Source: an uncultured delta proteobacterium
GTDB lineage: Bacteria; Desulfobacterota; Syntrophia; Syntrophales; UBA2185
Assembly (NCBI GenBank): GCA_963695875.1
Contig: CAVOID010000004.1
Span: 246,151-310,150, forward strand
Direction: 5' to 3'
DNA length: 64,000 nucleotides
Below the pieces are notes generated by a model. It ran no database searches and had not been told where the DNA came from. It saw only the letters and a list, made by a program, of their open reading frames with translations. The position numbers and the translations under genes were made by a program. The first letter of the stretch is position 1; each line of letters begins with the position of its first letter. Positions 21,495 to 31,612 of this stretch are shown piece after piece.

Positions 21495-21780
21495 ATGTCC
21501 ACGTTTTTTATGCTGGGCAAATATTCGTCTGAAGCACTGAAGGGAATAAGCTCAGGTCGAACAGACAAAGCCCTTGAAACTTATAAATAAGTTTGGTGGT
21601 GAAGTAAAGTCAATGTATGCGTTGCTGGGAGAAGTAGATCTTGTTTTTATTCTAACCTTTCCGGATGTGGAAAAGGCAATGCAGGCTTCCGTTGCCCTGA
21701 ATAAGCTGACAGGGATTTCCTTTACCACACTGCCTGCGGTAACAGTGAAAGAATTTGATAAAGTGATGTCCAAGGTTTAA
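21495..21780 (+). CDS. GYD-domain protein; frameshift near 21570
   Basis: MSTFFMLGKYS...GGEVKSMYALLGEVDLV...TTLPA. Confidence 0.8.
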
Positions 21781-21863
21781 CGGAGGTCTTTCATTAATAA
21801 CCTCCATAATCCGTTAGTCCTTTATTGGTGATTTAAACACTATACAGAAAAGGAGGGGTTATT

Positions 21864-22073
21864 ATGTCGGTATACAGTATTATTGAAATTGTAGGAACAA
21901 GTCCGAAGTCCTGGGAAGATGCTGCCAAAAACGCATTGGCAACTGCTTCCAGGACACTTGAAGATCTCAGAATTGCAGAGGTTGTAAAGCAGGATGTTAC
22001 TGTTGAAAATGGGAAAATAACATCCTTCAGGGTAAGGCTCAATATCTCATTCAAGTATCGTGAAGGTGCCTGA
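21864..22073 (+). CDS. Dodecin-family protein
   Basis: VYSIIEIVGTSPKSWEDAA...FRVRLNISFKY. Confidence 0.9.
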   Translation: MSVYSIIEIVGTSPKSWEDAAKNALATASRTLEDLRIAEVVKQDVTVENGKITSFRVRLNISFKYREGA

Positions 22074-22106
22074 ACGTTTAGGTAGAACTCAAAAACTATT
22101 CCGTAC

Positions 22107-22130
22107 GGAGGGGTCGAAAGACCCCTCTTC
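22107..22130 (+). terminator. Terminator-like hairpin
   Basis: GAGGGGTC-GAAA-GACCCCTC after dodecin, with a weak U-tract. Confidence 0.55.
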
Positions 22131-22466
22131 GCTTATAGAATCGTTTCCCGGAATGTTAATTCTCGAGAATATTATCTTCGGGTCTTCGTTTGAAAAACAA
22201 TTAAAATTATCTATTTAATTAATACCTTCCGTTTCCTCTCCGAAGCCCCAATCTATTATAACTTATTAATCAGAAAATAGTTGACAGAAAAGCATTTGGA
22301 TGATAGGAAGGACACGCTAAAAACCCATTCGCCCACCAATATAGAAACCTTTGGATAACGGCAGATTTGCCGGGAAGATTGTAGTGCAGGTGTATTATTT
22401 TATTTATTTTGCGGAAGGGTTCTTATTTAAAGGTTTCCTATTGACAATATCTTCAGGAGGTAGACT

Positions 22467-24146
22467 ATGTTTAACGAGAAGGATTTGGAAAAGATCAAAG
22501 CCGGGAAAAAGAAATGGTCGGAAGGGACTCTGGCGAAGACCTTGAGTAAAGCCCCTGAAAAGAAGGCTAAAACCACCTGGTCTGGAATCCCTGTCGAGAC
22601 TCTCTATACCCCGGCGGAAATTACCGGTCTGGATTATGAGAGCAAACTCGGCTATCCCGGTGAGTATCCGTATACCCGCGGTGTCCAGCCCAACATGTTT
22701 CGGGGCAGGTTCTGGACCATGCGTCAGTATGCCGGATTCGGTAGTGCCAAGGAAACGAACGCCCGTTACCGCTACCTGTTAGGTCAGGGGCAGACGGGAT
22801 TGAGCGTGGCCTTTCACCTTCCCACCCAGGCGGGCTATGACAGCGATCATCCCCTGTCCATGGGTGAGGTAGGAAAGGTCGGCGCCGCCATCGATCATAT
22901 CGGCGATATGCGCATTCTTTTTGACCAGATTCCTCTGGACAAGGTTACGACGTCAATGACCGTCAACGCCGCAGCGACGGCGCTTCTGGGCATGTACCTG
23001 TCCGTTGCCGAAGAACAGGGTGCGAAATATGATCAACTGGGTGGAACCATACAGAACGACGTTCTCAAGGAAATCATCTGCCGTGGTCAGTATATCTATC
23101 CCCCCAAGCCGACCATGCGCCTCACCGTCGACTTGATCGAGTTCTGTCAGAAATACGTTCCCCGGTGGAACAGCATCAGCATCAGCGGTTACCACATCCG
23201 CGAATCAGGCTCCACGGCCGCTCAGGAAATGGCTTTCACCATCGCCGATGGAATCGCCTACGCTGAAGCCTGCGCAGCAAGAGGCATCCCCGTAGATTCC
23301 TTTGCGCCACGGCTCTCTTTCTTCTTCAACGCCTTCACCGACGTTCTGGAAGAAGTAGCAAAATTCCGCGCAGCAAGGCGCGTTTGGGCAAAAGTCATGA
23401 AGGATAGATTCAAGGCCAAAGATCCCCGGTCCATGATGCTTCGTTACCATGTGCAGACCGGTGGCGTTACCCTGACGGCACAGCAGCCGCTGAACAACAT
23501 CGTCAGGGTTGCCCTTCAGACATTCGCCACCGCTTTGGGCGGGCACCAGTCCCTCCATACGAACTCGTATGACGAGGCCCTGTGTCTCCCCACTCAGGGC
23601 GCAGTGACCGTCGCCCTGCGAACGCAGCAGATTATTGCCGAGGAGAGCGGCGCCTGCGTGACCGTCGATCCTCTGGCCGGATCTTATTATGTCGAGTACC
23701 TGACCGACAAGATCGAAGCGGAAATCGAAGATTACATCAAGAAGATTGACGCCATGGGTGGAACCCTGACGGCAATCGAGCAGGGATACATTCAGAAGGA
23801 AATTCAGAACAGCGCTTACCTGTTCCAGAAATCGATTGACTCCGGTGAACGGGCATACGTAGGGGTTAACAAGTATACCATGGAGGAACCCCCTGTAACG
23901 GATCTCCTCAGAGTGGATATGAAGGTTGGCGAAGAAAAAGCCAAGGAATTGAAGCAATGGAGAGCCAAGCGAGATAACGCCGCCTGGAAGAAAGCCCTGG
24001 ATAAACTGCGTGAAGTCTCGAAGACAGATACGAACGTAATGCCGACTGTTATTGAGGCAGTAAAGGCCGGGGCCACCGTCGGTGAAGTGTGTGATGTGTG
24101 GCGCGATGTATTCGGGCAGTATCGACCCAAGGAATTTATTTCATGA
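22467..24146 (+). CDS. Methylmalonyl-CoA mutase, substrate-binding (large) subunit
   Basis: WTMRQYAGFG (Tyr at the specificity position), GTIQND, ISGYHIRE and SLHTNSYDEAL motifs. Confidence 0.92.
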   Translation: MFNEKDLEKIKAGKKKWSEGTLAKTLSKAPEKKAKTTWSGIPVETLYTPAEITGLDYESKLGYPGEYPYTRGVQPNMFRGRFWTMRQYAGFGSAKETNARYRYLLGQGQTGLSVAFHLPTQAGYDSDHPLSMGEVGKVGAAIDHIGDMRILFDQIPLDKVTTSMTVNAAATALLGMYLSVAEEQGAKYDQLGGTIQNDVLKEIICRGQYIYPPKPTMRLTVDLIEFCQKYVPRWNSISISGYHIRESGSTAAQEMAFTIADGIAYAEACAARGIPVDSFAPRLSFFFNAFTDVLEEVAKFRAARRVWAKVMKDRFKAKDPRSMMLRYHVQTGGVTLTAQQPLNNIVRVALQTFATALGGHQSLHTNSYDEALCLPTQGAVTVALRTQQIIAEESGACVTVDPLAGSYYVEYLTDKIEAEIEDYIKKIDAMGGTLTAIEQGYIQKEIQNSAYLFQKSIDSGERAYVGVNKYTMEEPPVTDLLRVDMKVGEEKAKELKQWRAKRDNAAWKKALDKLREVSKTDTNVMPTVIEAVKAGATVGEVCDVWRDVFGQYRPKEFIS

Positions 24147-24165
24147 TGTGTGGAGGTGACTTACA

Positions 24166-24567
24166 ATGGCAGAAAAGAAGATAAAAATTATCGTTGCAAA
24201 ACCCGGGTTGGATGGCCATGATCGTGGGGCCAAACTCCTTTCCCGTATCTTTGCTGAGGCCGGTATGGAAGTCGTCTACACCGGATTACGGCAGACACCG
24301 GAAATGATTGTTGAAGCTGCTCTTCAGGAAGACGCTGATGTCGTTGGTCTGAGCAGCCTTTCGGGTGTCCATAACTACTTCTTTCCGAAGGTGGTCGATC
24401 TGCTGAAGGCAAAGAAGCTTGCCAATGTCCTGGTAGTCGGCGGTGGAATCATTCCCTTGGAAGACATCCCCGAATTGAAGAAGGCGGGAATTGCCGAAAT
24501 CTTCGGACCGGGAACATCGACGGAAGTTATTGTTGATTTTATTAAATCAAACGTCAAGGCCAAATAA
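24166..24567 (+). CDS. Acyl-CoA mutase cobalamin-binding (small) subunit
   Basis: [17 protein letters not shown] and GGIIP motifs. Confidence 0.94.
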   Translation: MAEKKIKIIVAKPGLDGHDRGAKLLSRIFAEAGMEVVYTGLRQTPEMIVEAALQEDADVVGLSSLSGVHNYFFPKVVDLLKAKKLANVLVVGGGIIPLEDIPELKKAGIAEIFGPGTSTEVIVDFIKSNVKAK

Positions 24568-24612
24568 TAAGACACACTGTTCTATAGCGTGCCGGTTAAA
24601 TTCTTGAAATAA

Positions 24613-24646
24613 GCAGGGGAGGTTGCGACTTACCTCCCCTGCCTTT
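24613..24646 (+). terminator. Hairpin between the mutase genes and meaB
   Basis: GCAGGGGAGGT-TGCGACTT-ACCTCCCCTGC followed by CTTT. Confidence 0.6.
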
Positions 24647-24703
24647 CAATAATCGTAACCGGATGTCCGCTTTGGATGCCGGTTATTAAACTGAACAGGA
24701 ACC

Positions 24704-25674
24704 ATGACAACTAATTATGCAAATGACATCCTTCAGGGTATACCGCTGGCCGTGTCACGTGTGATCACCTGGCTTGAAAATGAGGATGAGCGGGCCCGTC
24801 CCACCATGGAGGAGATTTACCCTCACACCGGAAATGCCTATATTTTGGGAATTACAGGATCTCCCGGTACCGGTAAAAGCACCCTCACGGACGGGGTGAC
24901 CTGGCAAATGCGTCAGAGAAATCTTACCGTGGGAATCGTCGCCGTCGATCCATCAAGTCCTTTCACAGGCGGAGCTTTGCTGGGGGACCGGATTCGTATG
25001 ACACGCCATAGTGCAGGATTCGGGTGTTTTCATGCGCAGTATGGCTACACGCGGCGCTCTGGGTGGTCTTGCTCAGTTTACGCAGGGAGCGACGAAGGTA
25101 TTGGATGCTTCGGGGAAGGATGTCGTCATCATCGAGACTGTCGGAGTGGGGCAGGACGAAGTGGATATCATGCGCGTTGCCGATACCACATGCGTCGTGC
25201 TGGTTCCGGGCCTGGGTGACGTGATCCAGAGCATGAAAGCGGGAATAATGGAAATTGCGGACATCTACGTCGTTAATAAATCCGACCGTCCTGGGAGCTG
25301 ACCAGCTCTACTCTGAGGTGATGTACCGGGTAGAACAGGACGTGCATATGAAAGGCCGGAAATGGGTGCCGCCGGTAATCAAAACAATAGCTGTGGAGGG
25401 AAAGGGAGAGGATGTACTCCTGGATGCCATTATGACCCATCATAAGTATCTGGTAAATTCCGGCGATCTTTTAGTGAAAAGACGCGAACGCACACGCCAG
25501 GAAACCCTGCAGATGATTCACCATGAGCTCTTCTGCCAGATTCAGGCCCGTCTCTGTGAAGATAACCAAATAGAAAAAATGGTAGAAGCAATTATGGACC
25601 ACAAGTTAAATCCATACAACGTCGTAGAACAAGTTGTCAGCAAGTGGCTCCCCTCATTAAAAAAGGGTAGATAG
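24704..25674 (+). CDS. meaB: MeaB/ArgK GTPase chaperone; two frameshifts
   Basis: GSPGTGKST, VDPSSPFTGGALLGDRIRM, ETVGVGQ and NKSD motifs across three ORFs. Confidence 0.9.
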
Positions 25675-25847
25675 TTTCTGGCTTATCTTAGCCCATCAAC
25701 ATCATCATAAGTAAAAATCTATTTCTCAGCTTTTTTCTGCAAATATTATTTAATCACACATAAAAATTTGTTTATTAGATAATTTTATGCTATAAACAAA
25801 ATATATTCTTAGAATTAGAGATTATCGAAACATCGAGAGATCATTAA

Positions 25848-26342
25848 ATGAGAAAAGATAGTCTTATTTGTTTTCGCCTGAGTAAGAATTTGCGTGAATC
25901 CCTTGCCAAGGTAGCTCAAGAAGAAAGGCGGTCTTTATCATCGGCGATTGAAATCATACTCACCAATTATGTGAAGGAAAAAAAGGTATTTAAAGGTATC
26001 AAGAAAGAAAAGCGTCAGTTTCCGAGAAAAGCCATCTCTGTCCCGGCTTTTATCAGCCAACACAATTCAGGAGAAACAAAGTTACATGCAGGAACGATAA
26101 CGGATATATCCCTTAATGGTGCCCGCATTTCAATTCCCCGGGATGTTCCATGCGAGATGTCAGTCGATCAGGATAAATCCAAATTTGAAATTATTTTCAC
26201 GTTACCTGATGAGAAGAGGCCGATACACTTAATCTGTGAGCCGCGCAGAATAGTAGATTCCAAAGAAATTATCCAGGTCGGAGCATCCTTTGTCGATGCC
26301 GATTTTCATAGCTATAAGGCACTTCAAACCTACCTGATGTGA
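25848..26342 (+). CDS. N-terminal ribbon-helix-helix-like segment fused to a PilZ domain
   Basis: FRLSKNLRESL...ERRSLS at the N-terminus, then PilZ motifs RQFPR and DISLNG. Confidence 0.8.
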   Translation: MRKDSLICFRLSKNLRESLAKVAQEERRSLSSAIEIILTNYVKEKKVFKGIKKEKRQFPRKAISVPAFISQHNSGETKLHAGTITDISLNGARISIPRDVPCEMSVDQDKSKFEIIFTLPDEKRPIHLICEPRRIVDSKEIIQVGASFVDADFHSYKALQTYLM

Positions 26343-26462
26343 CATACTCATCTCACGCATGTCTTTGAAACATCAGGACCACACTACTCCTATACATCAT
26401 ATCAGCAATTCATTTGTAATGTTCATATTTATGCCTGTCTTTCAACTAACCTTTATCAGGGA

Positions 26463-26867
26463 GTGATCATGAAGCGAAAAAAATCAATGGATATGGCTGA
26501 AAATGTAGTGGATCTCAAGGGAATCATGGACCAGAAAAAAATAAATGATTTGTGTGACCTGGATTATAATGAATTCAAATTTGCCGTTATCCGATTGCTT
26601 TTAAGTATGGTTGACGCTATGGGGGAAAATAACAAAAAAATAGACAAATCTTTCAAAAGGTTGATAGAACATCTCAATATCTTAAGTGAGGAACTGAAAT
26701 TTATTAAACGCGTGCTTTATATGGAAAGGATATTAAACGGTGAACATAGAGATGGTCGTATGACTATGGAGCAAAAAGCATCTTTGGCAAATTCTTTCGG
26801 GATTGATTTTGATGAATTTATCAAAGAGCTTTCGCGAAAAAGCGCCACCAGGAAGGGCGGCAAATGA
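26463..26867 (+). CDS. Hypothetical protein
   Basis: 134-aa ORF with an RBS-like sequence; no motif recognised. Confidence 0.6.
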   Translation: MIMKRKKSMDMAENVVDLKGIMDQKKINDLCDLDYNEFKFAVIRLLLSMVDAMGENNKKIDKSFKRLIEHLNILSEELKFIKRVLYMERILNGEHRDGRMTMEQKASLANSFGIDFDEFIKELSRKSATRKGGK

Positions 26868-27088
26868 TATAATTAACTCTGCATCTACTTAGTAATAGAC
26901 AAATGCGGGCAACTGATATAGATTTAATCTAATAACCTCAGCATGATGAAAAATAGCTAGCCGTGAGAACGTGTTATCTTCCGTCGCTATTGAAACGGCA
27001 AAACACATACTCCTTTCGATGTCGTGCCATTCTTGTTGCCGGCGCCCCGTCCGGCCTGCTGACACAAGAGGAAAATAAATTCTAACCT

Positions 27089-27964
27089 ATGGACGATCGA
27101 CTTATCCCCTCTGCCAATCCGCCTCCGTCGAAAATAGAGCCGGCGTGGTGGTTCGTGTTTGCGGCACACAGAATGGCAGTCCTGGAGGAGGGGGAGATAA
27201 CCTCCATCCCTTTTGTAAGAGACCTTTCTGACCTCGGAATGCGTCCTGTCAGGGAGTGGTATCTTGGAACCCTGGCGGGGTGTCATTGCTATTGCGCCGA
27301 GGTATCTGAAATAATCACTATTCCCGAAATGATGGTCCTTCGCGGTTTAAGGTATCTTTATGGACGCCTTGATGAGTCCTTCCACATGGCAGCAATGAAG
27401 GCGTCACATATGCTTGAATGGGACAGAACCAGTCATTATTGCGGCCGTTGCGGAGCAGGAATGATTCGTACGAAGGGAATGAACGCCAAAGAATGCCTGG
27501 ATTGCGGTTTTTTGAACTTTCCCCGCATTTCACCTGCCGTCATCGTTCTTGTGGAAAAGGAAAACAGGGTACTTCTGGCCCGCTTGAAACGATTCACCGA
27601 GGAGTTATACAGCGTCATCGCAGGCTTTGTCGAACCAGGCGAAACACTCGAAGAGACTGTTCAGCGTGAGATTGAAGAAGAAGTCGGCATCAGGGTGAAG
27701 AACATTCGCTATTTTGGAAGCCAGCCTTGGCCTTTTCCCGATTCCCTTATGATCGGCTTTACCGCAGAATATGAAAGCGGCGAGATCAGGATTGACGAAA
27801 CGGAAATCACGGATGCGCGCTGGTTCGAGCCCGACAGCCTTCCGACCATTCCAGGGAAAATCAGTATCGCGAGAAAGCTCATTGACTGGTTTGTAGATAA
27901 AAGCCTGAGGGAAAAAGATAAAGCGGCGCTAAAGACGGAGAGAAGATACAAACCCGATGAGTGA
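27089..27964 (+). CDS. nudC: NAD(+) diphosphatase NudC
   Basis: CxxC...CxxC zinc motif, PRISPA, Nudix box GFVEPGETLEETVQREIEEE and SQPWPFP. Confidence 0.96.
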   Translation: MDDRLIPSANPPPSKIEPAWWFVFAAHRMAVLEEGEITSIPFVRDLSDLGMRPVREWYLGTLAGCHCYCAEVSEIITIPEMMVLRGLRYLYGRLDESFHMAAMKASHMLEWDRTSHYCGRCGAGMIRTKGMNAKECLDCGFLNFPRISPAVIVLVEKENRVLLARLKRFTEELYSVIAGFVEPGETLEETVQREIEEEVGIRVKNIRYFGSQPWPFPDSLMIGFTAEYESGEIRIDETEITDARWFEPDSLPTIPGKISIARKLIDWFVDKSLREKDKAALKTERRYKPDE

Positions 27965-28105
27965 TTTCGTGAAGATGGCAGTATCTGCTGTCCTGTCATC
28001 CCAAACTATTGCCCCGGTATTATGCCCAGTATCTTTTAATCATTCCCCTTCACGACCGCTACCTTGCCGGAGCATGATATTAGACTCAGGTATATCGTGG
28101 CTATC

Positions 28106-28762
28106 TCACAACGCGTGTTGCATAACCAATATTTCCGGTTCTTCTGGGAGAGATTCCTTGGTGATCTCCAGTTCTGATTCACGCAAAGTTCGAACGTTTT
28201 TCTTACCCTTCGTGAACTCATGCACCGTTGTAATCGGGAAGCTGCATTTCTCGGTCCTGTAATGCATCGGTATCGTGACTTTCGGATTTATGTCATTCAT
28301 AATTTTTGTAGCCGCCGCGGCATCGACAGTGTAAAAACCTCCAACGGGCAACAGCAGGATATCGACCGCGCCGATTATCCTTAATATTTCCCGGCCCGGA
28401 TCATGCCCAAGATCCCCCAGGTGAGCCAATGTCAATCCATCAGCTGCAATCACCGAAATCAGATTATTGCCCCTTTCTTTTCCTTTGGAAGAGTCGTGAA
28501 AAGTTGTGATTAACTTAATCTTTAAGTTCCTTATCTCATAATTGCCTTCCGCTCTTATATGATCGTATTTCCCCCGGATGTCTTTCACATAGTTGTGGTC
28601 TCCATGATCATGGCTTGTGATTACAATATCAGCTTCGTCGGCAATTTCGCCATAGGATAAAGAACCACCGGAAAAGCCGGACTGATAAGGGTCAATGATA
28701 ATCCTGGTCCCATCATCCGTTGTTATCTTAAACGCGGCATGCCCGTACCATTCTATATGCAT
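28106..28762 (-). CDS. Metallo-beta-lactamase-fold hydrolase
   Basis: WYGHA, SHDHGDH, HLGDLG and IPMHY motifs. Confidence 0.9.
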   Translation of the reverse strand: MHIEWYGHAAFKITTDDGTRIIIDPYQSGFSGGSLSYGEIADEADIVITSHDHGDHNYVKDIRGKYDHIRAEGNYEIRNLKIKLITTFHDSSKGKERGNNLISVIAADGLTLAHLGDLGHDPGREILRIIGAVDILLLPVGGFYTVDAAAATKIMNDINPKVTIPMHYRTEKCSFPITTVHEFTKGKKNVRTLRESELEITKESLPEEPEILVMQHAL

Positions 28763-28801
28763 AGACCTTTCTCCTCTCTTACTATGGATCCTGTCTTTCC
28801 C

Positions 28802-29455
28802 TCAGAGGCCAAGATCCTGGTTTATAAGGATCACCTTGATCCGATGCTTGGGAAAAGATTTTACGGTTATCGTCCATACATTGCAAATCCTGCCCGGGCT
28901 CTTGCAGTCTTGGCAAAACGATGTTTCAACGCAGGGCGTCTTTCGATCCAGTCGCATCGCATTGATCGGTGCAGCAAGGTTCTTGACGCGCTCCATGGCG
29001 GTAGCCAGATCGGGCATCAGTTTGTTGCGTCCGATGGCAAGGACAACGTGCTTCGGGCCGAAACCGATCGCACCGACTCGATTGCCCGTGGCATCAAGAT
29101 TGACAAGCTCGCCATCTTCCGTCAGCGCATTGGTGCCGGCGAAAAAAAGATCCGCCAGAAGACCCTGCCGACGCTTCTCATAGGCTTCTTCAGGCTTGAG
29201 ACCGGGCTCATAAGGATCAATGATGGTCAGGCCGGGATTCTTCCTGAAGGCTTCTGTAATACCGGTAGCCCCGATGGTCATGGAACCTCCCCAGGAAACG
29301 ACCTTGGGATCAATTCGGGGCATCAGTGTATTAAGGACAAGGTCCCTGGCCTCAGATGCCGACTGCACGATAAAAACCTCAAAATTGTTCGCCTCCAGTG
29401 CTTTTCCCACTGCCTCCAGTCTCTTCTGCCAGTAACTTTCAATCGGGTTTTGCAT
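28802..29455 (-). CDS. LUD-domain (lactate utilisation-like) protein
   Basis: GGSMT, NALTEDGELVNLDATGNRV, GRNK and a C-terminal Cys cluster. Confidence 0.88.
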   Translation of the reverse strand: MQNPIESYWQKRLEAVGKALEANNFEVFIVQSASEARDLVLNTLMPRIDPKVVSWGGSMTIGATGITEAFRKNPGLTIIDPYEPGLKPEEAYEKRRQGLLADLFFAGTNALTEDGELVNLDATGNRVGAIGFGPKHVVLAIGRNKLMPDLATAMERVKNLAAPINAMRLDRKTPCVETSFCQDCKSPGRICNVWTITVKSFPKHRIKVILINQDLGL

Positions 29456-29714
29456 AAGTCCCTCCTTGTTGTGTTCTTTGTGTTGACATTGTTGTTATTA
29501 CTGCCCTGCAAAGTGGGCATAATAGTTATAACTAAAGAATGATTTAATTCCCAGGATAGGAATCAGGATTAGAAGAAGAATCCTGAGGATGCTTCGGTTA
29601 TTCAAGAGGACTGTCCAGAACTATTGTTCACTGTCGTATTTTACCATAGTACAATACAAGTGATAACATAATGGCGGGAATTGTTGGAAAATGCCTCTAC
29701 AATCTAACCGTGTG

Positions 29715-29906
29715 TTATTTGTTTTCGCTTTTCTTAATGTCTGCTGAATCCTCCGGTATATGTTCCCGCTCTTCCATAGCCTTTTTGAAACCCCGTATGG
29801 CCCTGCCGATAGAGTTTCCCAATTCAGGAAGTTTGCCTGGACCAAAAATAATCAGGACTATAACCAGTATCACTAAAAGATGCATCGGTTGAAGAAGCCC
29901 TCTCAT
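29715..29906 (-). CDS. tatA: Second TatA/E paralogue
   Basis: [39 protein letters not shown]. Confidence 0.9.
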   Translation of the reverse strand: MRGLLQPMHLLVILVIVLIIFGPGKLPELGNSIGRAIRGFKKAMEEREHIPEDSADIKKSENK

Positions 29907-30006
29907 TTTTTACCCCCTATTATTCTTTAATCATTTTCTATATCATTATTCCTAAACAGTCAAACGATCATCTTTGATCTATTAGGTAGATTATTAATGT
30001 CAGCGA

Positions 30007-30288
30007 TTACAGATCTTTTGCAATTCCAGACGTAAGCTTGCGAGGGCGGCCGGAACCTGCAGTTTCCAGTCCCTTTATGCCATTCTCGTTTACCCGCTTT
30101 ACAAGATTATAAATCCCCTGGCGAGACATTTGGTGTCTACGACTTAATTGATCAATTGGAACTTTGTCTATAACTCCCTGCAAAATGGCTATTCGTAATC
30201 CTGTCCGCAAGCATCGCCGAGACAGATATTCATCCAATGTATCTTGTGTAATATCAGGATGCGTAACCATGAGTCTTGATTTTCCCAT
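30007..30288 (-). CDS. Helix-turn-helix protein resembling an IS630-type transposase N-terminus; no DDE domain
   Basis: LSRRHQMSRQGIYNLVKR..ENGIKGL...GRPRKL. GGAGGGG RBS before ATG 30288. Confidence 0.6.
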   Translation of the reverse strand: MGKSRLMVTHPDITQDTLDEYLSRRCLRTGLRIAILQGVIDKVPIDQLSRRHQMSRQGIYNLVKRVNENGIKGLETAGSGRPRKLTSGIAKDL

Positions 30289-30376
30289 GTCTGCCCCTCC
30301 ATAGCAACTGAAATTGAAGCTTTCCGCAGTAAACCGCGGAGAATCTTCGATCCACAAGGAATAATAATGTTCCCCA

Positions 30377-30430
30377 TTCGCTCGCTTACCCCGCAGCAAG
30401 CCACGGGGAATGCGCTCGCTGCCGGATTCA
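30377..30430 (+). repeat. IS200/IS605-end-like palindromic repeat
   Basis: TACCCCGCAGC-AA-GCCACGGGGAA hairpin followed by ...GGATTCA. Confidence 0.5.
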
Positions 30431-30436
30431 AAACAT

Positions 30437-30814
30437 TTAATATGAAAATTTTTCTTTCAGCCCGATCCCGCCTGCATCAGCTAAGCACTCCGTCTCTGCC
30501 TGTTCAAGTGCAGCCTCCTCAACTAATAAGCCTTGTCTTTCATATCTCTTTCTCGTCCTTGCCCATTTTAAGACAACTGCATGTAATTTAGAATTTTTCT
30601 TAGCCATCCGGGTTAATGCCGTAATGCCTGCTGGTAAGAACACCAAATGGTCCAGGTCTGCACATTCAAGACATAGAGCCTTTTTATCTTTTGCAAGGGT
30701 AATCAATGCCCTTGGACCGAGGCCTTCCCCGCATTCAGCGCAGGTTGATTCCCGGGATGTGATGAAGACCGTTATCTCTCTGATATTTGTTTTCACTGTT
30801 CGTTCGACCTCCAC
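30437..30814 (-). CDS. DUF2293-like protein, N-terminal zinc-finger part; possibly C-terminally truncated
   Basis: CAEC...CLECADLDHLVFLPAG..ALTR and RKRYERQGLLVE motifs. Confidence 0.75.
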   Translation of the reverse strand: MEVERTVKTNIREITVFITSRESTCAECGEGLGPRALITLAKDKKALCLECADLDHLVFLPAGITALTRMAKKNSKLHAVVLKWARTRKRYERQGLLVEEAALEQAETECLADAGGIGLKEKFSY

Positions 30815-31282
30815 ATTTTTACCATTAAGATTATTGTAATAATCTGCATGCTTTATTAACGCGTATCTGCACTTAATGAGATTTGTGGATTATCAGGTGA
30901 AACAACATGCCGTGGCTCTTATATGGAGGCTGATTATTTTAAGGTAACTTATTCAATAAAGTACACATGAGATTCCAAGAGTCACTAACAAGCGCAATGT
31001 TTCAACCCGTAATCAATACGTATTTCATGATAAAATGGGGATCCCTGTAGAAGGAGGCAAAACCAGAGATCCCCGTCAGAAAAGAAGTGAAGGCGTTGAC
31101 GACGACACCCAGCCTGGGGGTTTCCATGCTGTTTATCTACTTCCTTTCCGTGTGCATTTTGGTTTAAGTTTCTTTAATTGCTATATTTCTTGCCCTAATC
31201 AAAAGGCTAGCAGCCCAGTAAAGAAGTTAACTATGATGAATAAATATTTCTTTTTTGCTTTTTAGGGATTTACTTCGTGTAT

Positions 31283-31612
31283 TTAAGATTTTTCGGGAGG
31301 TCCGCGATAGGCATAGGTACGTAAATTGAACGAAGTTAAATTGATTGGTTCTTCTGATAGAATTCGATGTAGAATGACCTCGTGGACATCATGGAAAACG
31401 ATGCAATTAATACCGGGATCTGAATGCTTTATCCTGTGTTTCTGTGAATCTAAATCGTTCGAATCGTCATTTAGGTTAAAATATCCATACCCTTGGCAGG
31501 CTGTGCTGTCGTATGCCTGATCATAATATCCGGTCACAAGGGTACATAATAAAAAAGCAAACAAAAAAATACAGGGTTTACTTCTATGGACCGGTGTAGA
31601 TGATAACTTCAT
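31283..31612 (-). CDS. Small exported protein ending in RGPP; candidate arrest peptide
   Basis: N-terminal hydrophobic segment IFLFAFLLCTLVTG and C-terminus YAYRGPPEKS. Confidence 0.55.
   Translation of the reverse strand: MKLSSTPVHRSKPCIFLFAFLLCTLVTGYYDQAYDSTACQGYGYFNLNDDSNDLDSQKHRIKHSDPGINCIVFHDVHEVILHRILSEEPINLTSFNLRTYAYRGPPEKS

Noticed and set aside
22140..22466. Cobalamin riboswitch upstream of the mutase genes
   Set aside because: No recognisable B12-box or conserved core could be found by eye. Only promoter-like TTGACA hexamers are present.
22467..24146. Mutase as isobutyryl-CoA or 2-hydroxyisobutyryl-CoA mutase
   Set aside because: It has Tyr in RQYAGFG and Arg in KEIICRG, the methylmalonyl-CoA-type determinants.
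26940..27088. Riboswitch upstream of nudC
   Set aside because: A GC-rich hairpin exists (GCCGG...CCGGC), but I could not match it to any known aptamer consensus.
28695..29542. Long antisense or overlapping ORFs (e.g. 28739..29542, 52669..53550, 23205..23957, 56468..57112)
   Set aside because: They are shadows of well-supported genes on the opposite strand and show no motifs of their own.
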